From NCBI GenBank assembly GCA_036172245.1, contig JAYWIR010000015.1, forward strand, positions 3,658,001 through 3,722,000: a DNA stretch of 64,000 nt, written 5' to 3'. Under the pieces are notes generated by a model that was not told where the DNA came from, made no database searches, and worked only from the letters and a program-made list of their open reading frames with translations. The translations under genes were made by a program, and so were the position numbers. Source of the stretch: Raillietiella orientalis. Its lineage: Eukaryota. Shown one piece after another: positions 25,801 through 37,800 of this stretch (the first letter of the stretch is position 1; every line of letters begins with the position of its first letter).

Positions 25801-28800
25801 GTCACGTGCAGGCTTTCATCCGCTTCCATGTTCAGGATCCACCTGTGCGCCTGGTTGCGCGGGTGCCCGCGGTGCTCTCGTGTCGACTGCTACACAGAAG
25901 AACGGGTCGGTCCTACCTGGTCCTGCGGGTCGATCATCAGCGGCCACTGGTGCGCCTTCTTCACGAAGATGGCGTTCTCGATGGACACTTGGTCTCGCGG
26001 AAGGCCGAAAATGTTCCACTGGCGAACTTCGAAAGGGTCAGACAGAACGTCGATGATGTTGAAGTTGTCCGACAGCGGAACGTCTCGCTGCTTGCATTCC
26101 CGTATCCAGTCCTGCAGCATCTCCTGTCTGTACGAGCTGGTGAATGGTCCGAGGTAGGAGGTGCACGCCGTTGCGAGGAAGACGTTCCCCATCAGCTTGG
26201 ACAGTTCCCTATCGAAGGTCTGGAAGGAAGGGAAGGGAAGTGGAAAACGAGCTGGCGGACGTGTCGGGATCGGCGCTGTGCTCTCCGGTCGCGTCCCTGA
26301 CGCCTGTGCCGCCTACGCCTCGGAACCGAAAGCCGAGAGGAGGATACGTGTAACGAGTAGGGAAAACACCGCGAGGAAGAACCTTCGCCTCCGCCGCCGC
26401 GGGCAGGGACGATCTTTCGATGTGTTCCTCCTTCTCTCCCTCCCTCTTCCCCCTCCCCCCAACTTTCCTTGCTCACCTTCACGCTCTCCTTCCACCTTCC
26501 TTCTTCGTCGGCGAGTGCTTCAATGAGCTTCCCGGCGCGCACTAGGCGAGCCGAGGTTTTCCTGATGCTCGCTTCCAGTCTCTCTTTCTCGTCGGAGACT
26601 CTCTGGAAATTCTGCTTCAGATCTTCCAGCATCCTTTGCACGTCGCCAAGCTTCCTCTGTTTTTTCTTGAGAGAGTCCATTACGGCCGCCAGCTCTTCCT
26701 GGGCCTTCGCAGCTCTGCAACGCGATCAGATGCGATTCAGTCGCGCGTACTCAAGCGAAGAAGGAAGGGGAAACCTCGGTTGTTCCCTCACCCGTCACCG
26801 TCCACCCTACAGAGGGATGAAAAGGGGTATGAGCTCACCTGTCCTTTTTGGGCTTCACCGAGCGGTACACCTTGGAGTACACGTCGACCGCGCGGACCCA
26901 CATGCAGAGAGACCGGCAGGCTTTAGACACCTTGGCCACCTCGGCTGGAGTAAACTTGGGGTCATCAATGTAGACGGACAGCTTCCTGAGGACCGCATCC
27001 GGCACGTTGTCCTTATCAAAGTTGTATAGGCGCTGCAGGAAGGATGGGTCTGCCAGTATTTGCTTTGCGGTCGCCCAGTCCGTCCTTTAGGGCCGATGCG
27101 AGTGACGACTCCTTCCTCCAACTCCGATCCGACTCACTTGGACTGTAGCAAGGTGCAGACGGCTTCCATGACGGTCCTCACCATCTGAGGCGGGGTGATG
27201 AACACCTTCACTTCCGCGATGTCCGATTTGTCGAGAGCGTCCAGGGCGGCTGTGGCCGCGTCCAACGCGGGGAGCACTTCGTCCAGTTCCCGTTGAGCCC
27301 CCTCCGCCATCCCTTTGGCCGCTCCGGCTTGCTTCTACTCGAGAGGAAGAGCACATGCCCAACCTCGCTTGACGCCGGGGTGGAGGGAGATGGGGTGCTC
27401 GTCAGCTTCCCCGTAGCGTACCTGCGCTGCGGCTTCGTCAGCAGCCACCACCAGCTTCTCTTTATTCATCTCCTCTTGCTCCTCTTCGATCCTCTTCACC
27501 ATCTCCTCCGCTTCCTCGGACTTCTTCCTCAGCTCCGGCTCCAGGAGCGTCAGGTTCTCCTTCATCTCCGAGACCAACGTGTTGGTTTCCTCCAGTTTCT
27601 GGAAACCCGGAGGCAGGGAGCGAGTCCTACCGCAGAGCAGGTTTCCTCCGTCCCCACCTGGATCCCGGATAGGATGCGGTTCCTGGCCGAGTCGATCTCT
27701 TCCCTCTTGTTCTTCACGTTGGTCAGATATCCTGAGACCAGTCCCAGGTACGTTTTCGGCGTCACATAGTAATGCCTCCGCAGCTCCGCGAGGTACCTCT
27801 CGGCCATCCGGGAAACGCTCTGGAGGAAAGAGAGGGCTGATCGGGAGCGGTCGTCTTCTGCTTCGTCGTTTTCTCTTTCGGGGGAAGAGCAGAAGCAGCA
27901 GAGGCAGCATCAGGCACGACAGGGGGGATCATCATCATCCTTTCCGTCCACCTCGACGACGGACAAGGGCTCGGATGAAGCGGATACGGGAGAGGCCTGG
28001 AGCCCACGCTGGATGGGTCATCCACACGCGGCGGCGGACGGGCATGATGTCTACATCCTCCGCTCCGGACGGATACTCATCCAGGTAGAGAAGGAAAGTT
28101 GCCACTGAGGCTGGAGAAGAGGTAGTGGAAACCGCCGGAATTCTCTTCTTGCTGCTCTCCTCTCCGGACCGCGCCCTCCCAATCGACGCCGCCGCCAGAG
28201 ATCACACAGGAGTAGCGGCAGCAGCGATACGAGCAGTGTATTCCTCACAGTTCCCTTCCCCCACCCTTTCACCTCTGTCCTCGGGAGAGGGAAAGAACGT
28301 GAGGGAAGTCGAGAGGTCGGATGGAAGCAGGGAGGTAGCAGGTGTGGCGCCGATTGCTTGCTCGCTCTGCGTACCATGTGCACATAGACGCTCATCTCCG
28401 CCATCTGATCCAGGCACTGCTGGTCGATCAGGGAGCTCTCAGAGAACGAGTTCTGGGCCACGGACAGGATGGCCTCCTCGGGCCATACATCGAACCAGTC
28501 TATGGTGCTGCAGTCCACCAACGAGGAGAACATGCGGCAGTGGACCCTGGGGGGGCAAAGGAGGGAGTAGGGGTAAGAAATTTGCGCTACCTTTCCCGAG
28601 TTCTTCCTCTCCCGGCTCACCGGAAGCTCACCCCCGTGGGGTTCATGCACAGGACCACGTGCAGGTTATCGCGGAACCGGTTGATCATGAAGCCGTACAG
28701 AGCGTCCCGGTCACTCTCGTCCAGCCCGTAGTTCATGGCGGCGTCCCGTGCGGCGCTCAGCAGCTTCTCATAGTCTTCCATCTCCAGGAGATCAGGGATC

Positions 28801-31800
28801 TCTCCTGTAAGGAAAGAGGGAGGGGGAGGAGGGTTTACGATGAACCACGCCGGCGGAACCTAAGGAAAAGGAACGCTCCTCCTCTACGTGCCTGAGTTGA
28901 GTATTTTGTTGATGTCTTCCAGGAAGTCCTCCTCCACCACCTGCCTGTCGGTGAAGAGGAACACCGTGCGCCGGTTATCCGTGCCTGCGGCGTGATACAG
29001 GAGCTTCAGGTCTTCCCGGAACGCGGCGTGATCGTACCCTTGGACGAGCTCGACCTGAAAGCAGCTGGGAGGCAGAAGGGGGCTTCTCTAGTGCGAGGGT
29101 TCCCTCTGCAGGGAGGGAAAGGAGGAAGCCGCCTCACTCGTAAGAGCACAGGAAGCTGGCCAGACGCGTCAGACTCTGCTTCCCCAGACCATCGACGCCT
29201 ATGAGCATGGCGTTCCCGCGGTCGTTCCTCAGGATCCGCGCGATCCTGCAGACGTGCACAAGGGCGTCCTCGAAGAAGATCAGATTCATGTCCTTGTTGA
29301 GCTTGAAGTTGTACTCCAGCAGGTACTCCTGGAACAGCGTCTCCAGAGATTCGAATCGTAGCTCCACCGCCGCAGTCACGCCGAATGCTCGGCAGACGGA
29401 AGTTGGTCCCCTTCGATTCATTCTCCCTCATCCCCCTCCTAGACGAAAAAGCGATGACTAGCTGCGAAGAGGGAGAAAGGGAGGTGGGGAGGAGGAAACG
29501 GGGGAAAGGGGAGGAGGTACCACCTCCGCCGCCGCCATTGACGCGCGCTTCTTTCTTTCTTAAAATTCACGGAAGAGGGAGAGGGCAAGGGGGGAGAAGC
29601 AGAGGTTCTTTGGGGAGCCGCGCAACTTTTGCAGCGGAGTCGCATTAGAAGAGAACCATCTCTGAGGAGATTCCCTAAATGGCAAGCGGGAGGCGATTGC
29701 GGCGAAACCTCCGTTTCCCTCCTTCCACTCTTCACCCTTTTTGAGAGATGGATGGGTTCTCCTCTTTCGAAGAAGGATGGAGACAGCATCTTCGGAGTCT
29801 TTTCGCGCGTACGGAGCACGCCACCCGAGAGGAGCTCAGCAACAGCAATAGAGAGATTGCTCTGCGAGTGACCCCATGACGGAAGTGCTGCCCCTGCACC
29901 ACCGTCGCTCTCTTTGGTCAGTGATCTGGTACCGGAAGCAAACCCGCGAGATCCGAGGACGAGAAAGCGGAGGAAAACAGAGCCACCTTTTTTTTTTTTT
30001 TCCTTTTTTCCTACCTGGAGGATTCTTTTGACCTTCTGGATGTCCCGAAGTTCCTCGTAGACCCTGTTTTCGCCTTCCAGGCCGATACGCATGAAGTCTC
30101 CGAAGAGGATCGTCTCTCTAGCTAGTTTCGCCGAGGCCTCGGTAGTCAAGCGGAAACAGCGCAGAGTGACCTCCTCGATCAAAGAGTGGAAGAGCGACCT
30201 GTCCTCTTCCTCGGCCAGTCGATCGTGGAATGTCCTTTGCAGCTCATGCACGACCAGTCTGAGGGTGGAGCAGCGATGCCTCAGGTTTGGCAGGAGGGAT
30301 GGGTGGAGGAGAAGACGTACCGCTGCATGTCCTGAGCGGTCAGAATGACCTGACTGTGAGCCTGTAGAACCCCCTGGAAGAACTTGGCCAGGTCGCGGAG
30401 GTTGAACACGTAGTGAGATTTGCTGGGCGTGGGCAGGAGCTCCAGTGACAGACGGGTGTAGATCTCCACGGACACCTCGATTATGGTGGACGCCGTTTCC
30501 TGCACGGCGGGGTCGAAGTCCTCCAGGAAGCTCCTGAGTATGCTCTGAATGGCGCACCGGGAGTTGAGTCCAGCGGACGGGAAAGGGTTCCTTCTTTCCT
30601 CACCCCGAAGATGTGCCGCAGGGCGGAGTCCGACGGCGGGGGCCAGTACAGCAAGCAGAAGTGCCTGACCAGCCGGGGTTCGAGGACGTTCCTCCCTCCG
30701 CCGGCCGGGCCGCAAGCCGCGCAGATCACGGTATTCCTCACATTCTTCCAGAATAAGCCCTTGCGATCGAAGAAGCCCCCGAACTCCACCAGCTGTCTAC
30801 AACACGCGCGTGGGCATGAACGGCGGCATCTCCCCCACTCCTATTTGGAGCGGGCTGCTAGCGACAATACCTGATGAGTTCGATGGTTGGCTGGGCCCCG
30901 AACGTCTCCAAGGAGGGCATGTTGAGGTCATCTATGAAGAACACGGAACGCTTCCCTTCGGGAGCCGACAACAGGGTCTTCTTCCTCTTTTCTAGCTTGC
31001 TCTCGAATATTTCCTGTGTCTTCCTGCTCACGGTCTTGGAGGAAAAACTCAGGAAGACGGGAGCGAATTTTTCCTTGGGCAGACTGGTCAACATCTTCCT
31101 CGCAGTGATGGACTTGCCGACTCCTAACCAGTTCGGTCAAAAAAGCGAGATGAAGAGCGTCTTTTCTGCTCCTCGCCTCACCTGTGTTGCCGACAAGGAG
31201 GGCAGGCTTGTTGACTTTGATCAGCTTGCCCATGAGATAACTGAAGCGCACGGTATCTGTCGTAGGCACCAGCAACTCGAAGAAGGGCATCCTTTTGTTG
31301 TACTGGAACTTGGGGACGACCCTCTCCCAGAGATCCATCTTTCTGGCTTCGAAGTTCACGTACAAATTCCACAAGCTGCTGTGGGTCGGCAGCCTACAGA
31401 AGGAGTCACGAGTCCCCTATCAGTCAGAGATGCAGAAGTGCCCAATTGAGAGGGATGGTCTCCCCAGCCTCCGGTGTGTGTGTGTGTGTGTGTGTGTGTG
31501 TTGGTGACGATAATGCAGAAGAATCAACCCTGCTCAATTCTATGCATGCGACCTGCCCAACAGGAACATGAAGGCCTCCTTTCTCCTTCTCGCGTCCAGA
31601 AGGAGCTTCTCCTTCTTCCCACCCAGGCATGTGCATCTCTCCTGCGTGCTCGCGGCTAGTCTTGCTGATTCTGCAGTGCATTCTGCCTGCCCAAGAAGAA
31701 GCAGAGGAGAACGAAGATGTGCCGGCTGCAGTTTTCCTCACCATCATCCATGACGGAGGTAAGGCACAGATTCACAACGAGAGCGATCCGAAAAATTGTG

Positions 31801-34800
31801 CTTCCGAGTAACCCACGTTTGGGGTTCTCGCAGAGGTCAGCCCAATCGCAGTGCAATGATCGAGCCTCACTCTGGAGGGATCTCCATGGTGACCAAGATC
31901 GCCTCGAAGCCAGGTAAGAGCGATCCGAAAGTGCATCCCAGAGAGCACACGGGATGATCCTGGCGCAAAAGACCGTGAGGAACAAGAGAACGCACTCACA
32001 GAAGCGGATCGGAGTTGTCTCTGCGTAAGAACGGCGTTGAGAGCTCTCGTATCCAACGGTTATGCCTAGAGGTCATCGGCTCCAGAACCCTCCCCGGGAA
32101 ACTCGATGGAAGCGTTACTGCACATTTTTCAGAGGTCCAGGAGTCAAGAGGTCCGCCCTGGGTTGGGAATGGTACAAGACACTGAAACATCCATAGGATG
32201 CCATCTTCAAACACGCTCCTGAGAAACGGCTGCAGTTTCGATTCCTTAACCAATCTCGGTAAATCCATCTTCAAGGCTGGCGAGTGAAGACCCCGGGTAC
32301 CGGAATCAGAAGCCTCTCTGAAGGACCGAACTCCTTCCGCGAAGGCATCGGAAGCTCCTGGCACACACGAGTCCAAGGCAACTTCAAGGCGTAGAACCTC
32401 GGTGATCATCACCGCGGGCCGTTATCTCCTGTCCAGGGGACACTCTCCAAGATGGGGTCGAATGACAAGTCGAGGCTGCATAAACCGAAGTGCTATCTTC
32501 GAAAAGCATTCAGAACAAACTGACTGCTGGTGAGGAAGTGGAAGGGAGGGAGGGGAGGATGCACTTGGTCACAACTTCCAGGGCAAGAGAGAACGAGGAA
32601 GATTAGTGGGCAAACCAAGGTCGATCTAGACCGCGAGTAAATCAGCAACGAGATGTGAAAACGAAAACAGGGATGACCCAGGGCGTGAAAGGGCTCCTAC
32701 TTTCCTTCTTCTTCTTCTTCTTCTTCTTCTCTTTCTTTCTTCCGTTCCTCCCCAAACTTCGGAAGATTGATGGATCCCTGGTGGAAATGCTGCTTCCTCT
32801 TCGCCACCATGGGGAGAGATGCATCTTCTTCTAATCCGGCAAATGAGTTCTCGAGACGACTGTAGTACTTCTGCGACAATCCATCCTCAAGCCTCCCTCG
32901 ATACCTGCCACCTGTTGATGACTTCAGAAAGCTCTGCTTCGCAATGCGTGAGGGAGCGAGCCCTTCGCTACCCCTCGTGGCCTCCCTCTCGGTTTAATCT
33001 GCTTCTGCTCTCCTCAACCACCTGTACCTTTGGTGCAGCATCTTCATGGAAGTAGGCGGACAAAACTGAAGGATGGCACACCGGATTTAAGAGCAAGTGG
33101 GACCAGTTTTTTTCTTTCTCTCTCTTTCCTCCCCTGGACCAGGAAAGAAAGCTGTTCGTGACAACCTTCCAGACAGAAAGATAAGAGAAAAACAGAAGAG
33201 AGGAGAAAATAAGGGGGAACAGGAAGTGGAGGGGAGAGAGGAGAAGAAGAGGAAGGGGAAAGGGGAAGAGAGGAGGGAGGAAGAGGCAAAATTTCTCCTC
33301 CACGCCCCTGCTCCTCCGTCCTACTCCTCCACCGCCTTCCTCGGGAGTCGTTAGCTTGTTACTGTTCTCAGCCTCGAGAGTCGCTTTCTTCTTTTTTTTT
33401 TTTTTCAATCCTGGCACGCTGGGTAGGGAGGGAGAAAATATAACAAATAAACAAATATATTTTTGGAAGGAGCAGTAATCAAGGACGGCGGACGTCTGTT
33501 TTTACATATCGACGGTTGATACAGTGCATATCCACAAGGGAAGCATGGATGGAAATGCCACGGAAAAGGAAGGAGGGAGAAAAGGAGGTTTTACGATGGC
33601 ACTTCGGTGAAGCTGGGTGGGGATTCTCGGGAATAGCCCGGTGTGCTTCCCGCAGGGCATCTTTTGTTATTGATCCCATCGGCAGCGATCATCCCAAGGT
33701 TCGTAAACGAAGGGGATCTCTCCCCTCCTCCCAGCTCTCCTCCCAGCTTGCATTCTTCTCCTCCCTTTTTCATCTCCACTCCCAAGTCCAAACCTTCCTG
33801 TCCCCGATGCAACGCGGGAAGGGGAGTACCTGCTCGCTCGATAGCACACACACGCACGCACACACACAAAAAGGGCATTCCTCCTCCTCTCGTTTCTCCC
33901 CAAGATGGAGCTCCTTGCGATCTTGGGGAGGAAGGATGCCCCCGTCCGTCCTCCTGCGCTGGTCAGCAGTGGGGTCTTTTTCTACCTTCGCCCCAGCGCG
34001 CGAGCGCCAGCCAACATCCCGGTTCTGCCCAGACGTGCGTGCCAACAACGCGTGGCTCGCTGCTGGATACCCGTCTCCATCGGGAAAAGAGCAACGCGAA
34101 GAGGGAGAAGCCGTAGCGATTCGTTCGGGAAGTCGGTGGTCAGGGAGGGGGAGCAAGGAGAAAGACCTACTTGGCGTCGAAATTGTCCTCGAACTGAATG
34201 CGCACAAACTGGTCCACTGCATCGTGGTTGACCTCCATTACGTTGCCGGCTACGGACCACAAGTAGCAGAAGACGAACGCCTGGCAGAGAATGTTGCGAA
34301 ACTTGGGATCGTCTGTATCTTCCAAGAAGTCCTCGGACAGCAGATTCTCCAGCAAACTGCAGAGCATGCTGATCTTGCTTATGTCCACCTGAATTGTAGG
34401 CGTAGAGGCATTAGAGAGGAATTCCCCGAGGCTTCCAGCCAGCAAGCGCATGGCATGCGGGTCGAACTGAAGGTCTCTTTCCGTTCTGTTTCGGACCGCG
34501 ACTCGGAGCAGGATCTTGCGGGAGCACCCCAGGATCGAGGTCGTAACGGGGCAACCTATGCCTTTTCTACCTTTATTTCGTTTCCTTTTAGAGATGAAGG
34601 TGAAGGGGGGGGGGGGCAGAGAGGTGGAGGATCCACCCTCTGTGAAGAGCTTAGCAAAGAAAGGAGGGAAAGAAAGGTTCGTCTTAAGTTTTTGTCTGAG
34701 ATGAAGAGAAGAAAGACAGCCTCCGGAAAGCATGTCGGACGTTTTCCCACTCCGAAGAGTCACGCTTTGGGCTTCCTCGTCAAAGGCCATTCAACTGCCC

Positions 34801-37800
34801 ACTCCTTACCTACCCAAATGCAGGTTTGCCGCCCGCATTCGGTCCGAGTGGGAACACAGAGTAGAGTTTCCAGGGATGGAACGTCTTCAGCGGGAAGCAT
34901 GGAAGAAGGAGAGGCACTTGAGGAAGGATTAGGAAGAACGGAGTTGGTGGCGTTTCAGACATGCGAGACAGAGAGAAGGTTCCAGATCGGCAGAAGAATC
35001 CGTCCGTCCGTACTGCCGTAGCGGTCGGTGGCTCTCCTACAGGACGGAAAGCACCACACCCCGAACGCTCCTCGGAAGGCTCTTCTTTGAGCCGTGCTTT
35101 GAAGAGCCAAGATCAAATGCAGGGGAATTGCGGTCCTCAGAGCTCTCTCCGGGACGCGAGCCCGCGTCCTCGGCCGCAGTTACTCTCCTGACTCAACTTA
35201 GAAACCGAGGACGACAGCTCCGCGAGGGAAACGTGCGCCTTCGGCGAGCGTTTCCTGACGTCTTCCGGTCGGCGCTGCTGTACCTTGCACATTCACAAAG
35301 GCTGTAGGCCACCGGCGACAGTGTAACATGACAGCCTCATGGTCCCGCAGAACCGTAGACCGGTCCGTTTCCTGATTGCTCCCGAGCGCAGGGGTGATGA
35401 GGACGAGATACCACCACCATCTTTGATCCCAATACCCGAAGGACCAAGGTAGTGAGTTGCTACTCCCTGCTGTGCTATGAGGTTCTGCTGTCTTTCCGGC
35501 CGCCTGCGACTGGCACAAGACAAAAACGCAAAACGCAGATCGATGGCAAGAAATCGCCGTCATGCAATCGTGGATGGAACGGCTCCATAAAAGCCGGAGC
35601 CTCCACGCTGAGTTACGGCAGGGAAGGGAGGAGCAACCGAATGGTTGAAAATGCAGATGACGGAACGGAGGAGAGCCGATCCTGACATAAAATAGGGCGG
35701 TGGTGCTTGTTTTTAGGCTTAACAAATGTCCAAGGTGATTTCTTGTTCGAAAGTATACTAGGAAAGGAATTTCGGTCAAAGGAGGGGAAGGTTTCGCCGG
35801 GGGAAGGGAGGCCTTCCTTTAAAACTGCCGAAGGATGCCAGGGGAGCTCGTGCAGCAGCAGCAGAGCGCCGACTCCCGGCGGCGGCAAGAAAAGCCACCG
35901 GTACGAACCAGCAACAAGCAGCAAACTCGATCCAGAGTGCAAAGGCCTCCTGGTCGGAAGTCCTGATTCGTCGTGCCAGGCAGCTGGCGCGGCAGCGGAG
36001 GCGAGAAGGAGGTTTCCGGGAGATCACCCGGAGCGACCGACGGTTCATGCTTGAAGGCATGAAGCGAAGGGCGTGCTCAAAATAGACGCGAAACAAGGGC
36101 CCGGCAGGTGGCGGGCAGTGAGCGAGTGGCCTCCATTCCTTCTCGACAAACCATCCGCCTGTCTCCTGACGCCCGAACAAGGGTCACAGAACGCTTGGAA
36201 AAGCAAGGAAGAGCAAGGGAAGCTTTTCTTGTGATTCCGTTCCCCTAGGGCGCTTGGATGATCCGTCTGCCGGTTTCACCCTGTCGAATCGTGGGACCGG
36301 TGCCTTTCGAGGTGATTCCAGGCCAGCTCGAAAATCCTCCTTCCAGAGAGGAGAACCTGAGAGACTGCCGCTTCGCCCAATGCACGAGGAACACGCCCTT
36401 CCGGGTAGGAGGAGAGCAAAAAGTGAAGTTTCCCCAGTTCGTGGGATCACCGCGGGCGCGTGAGTGTCTCCCACCCGTACGCTGGAGTCGGGCAGCTTGG
36501 AGGCCGCAGCTTGGCAGGCAATTCCCACAGGCAATGAAAACACAACTGCTGCATCTAGCTTGGTAGAAGCTGCCGGAATGCGGCCGCTCAGACTTGCTGG
36601 CACGGCCATGGATGGGCTCCAAGATCCGTCCCTGTCTTTCCCACTGGGAGTATGATTGGAAGTCTGGATGGATGAGAATTCCCTCCTTAACGGATGGGAG
36701 GGAAACGACAGCGCTTTCTCTTCTTCTGTCTTTTTCTCCTTGCTTTGCAAACGGCTCGGCGGAGTTTGTTTTTTCGTTCTCCCCTTGAGCATCTTCGGGA
36801 TGCGCTGTATCGCGTCGACAGTGAGATACTTCCGGCGAACGCTCTCGTCATTCACTCACTTCACTCAGGCACTTTGGTCATCATCATCTTCGCCTATTCC
36901 ACGGGTACACCTGGCAGGAGCCCGAAAATTCGCGTGGGTGAAAGCCCAGTCACCGTCCCTCTAGTTAGTTGGGTTCTTTTCGTTGTTCTGGGAAAGTTGC
37001 ACGGGGAGCTCCTGCAGGACAAGAAATCTATTCCCTTCAGATTGGCAGTGGCTCATCCTCGCGAGTTCCTTCTTTATCTTCTCATCCTCTCGAGGATGGG
37101 AAGTCACGAGAGCGCAGGATCCACACCGAGGCATGCACGGCAAACGTGGACGGTGATCACTCAGCCCTTCCTGCTCATCTTGCCCGTCGTCGCAATGCGA
37201 ACGCATCTCACACCTTCCCCTGAGCTCGAAGAATTCTGGCTCACAAAGGGAGCACGAGGAGCAGCGGTCCTGTCGCTCCCCCCTCTCCTTCTCGACAAAC
37301 TATGGTCGCCTCGCTCGAGGCACGGTCCACTGCTCGCTGCAGCCCATGCAACTTTCGGATTTGTCTATGCCTTGAGCATGCACCGAAGGCTCGCAGGAAG
37401 CGACTCCGCTTGTCTTCATGGGGAAGGGTTGATCTGCTTTCGTTCGAAAAATTCACTCAGGCAGCAAAAAAGCAGGCAAGAAAGAAGGAAGGCGGTTTTT
37501 TTCTCTCTACCTCCTTTCTCTGATGCATGATGTTAGCCGCTGCGTGTATCACTCACTACCGGTCCTGTTAGTGATCGGATGAAAAGTTTAGCAGGCTCGG
37601 AAAATCAGACAGAATGGGCAGAGGAGTAGCAGTAGTGGCCAGCAGAGAGATTACCCACAGTAGTCATTCCTGGGAACACCCTGGCTTCCCTTTCTCCACC
37701 GGGACGAAGGGTCGAATTTTCCTCAGGACATTCCCATCTCCTAATGGGGCACGATGGTGCTCCTCTTGCAAATCTCAAGAGGTAATAAGGGTTCGACGAA

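Noticed and set aside
33516..35021. Longest six-frame ORF (501 aa, + strand)
   Set aside because: Low-complexity intron sequence plus the antisense shadow of dynein exon 24; no recognisable domain.
35293..35523. Tyrosine-recombinase-like phrase [11 protein letters not shown]
   Set aside because: An overlapping frame matches Gypsy integrase zinc-finger and core motifs in the right position within the pol relic, which is the better explanation.
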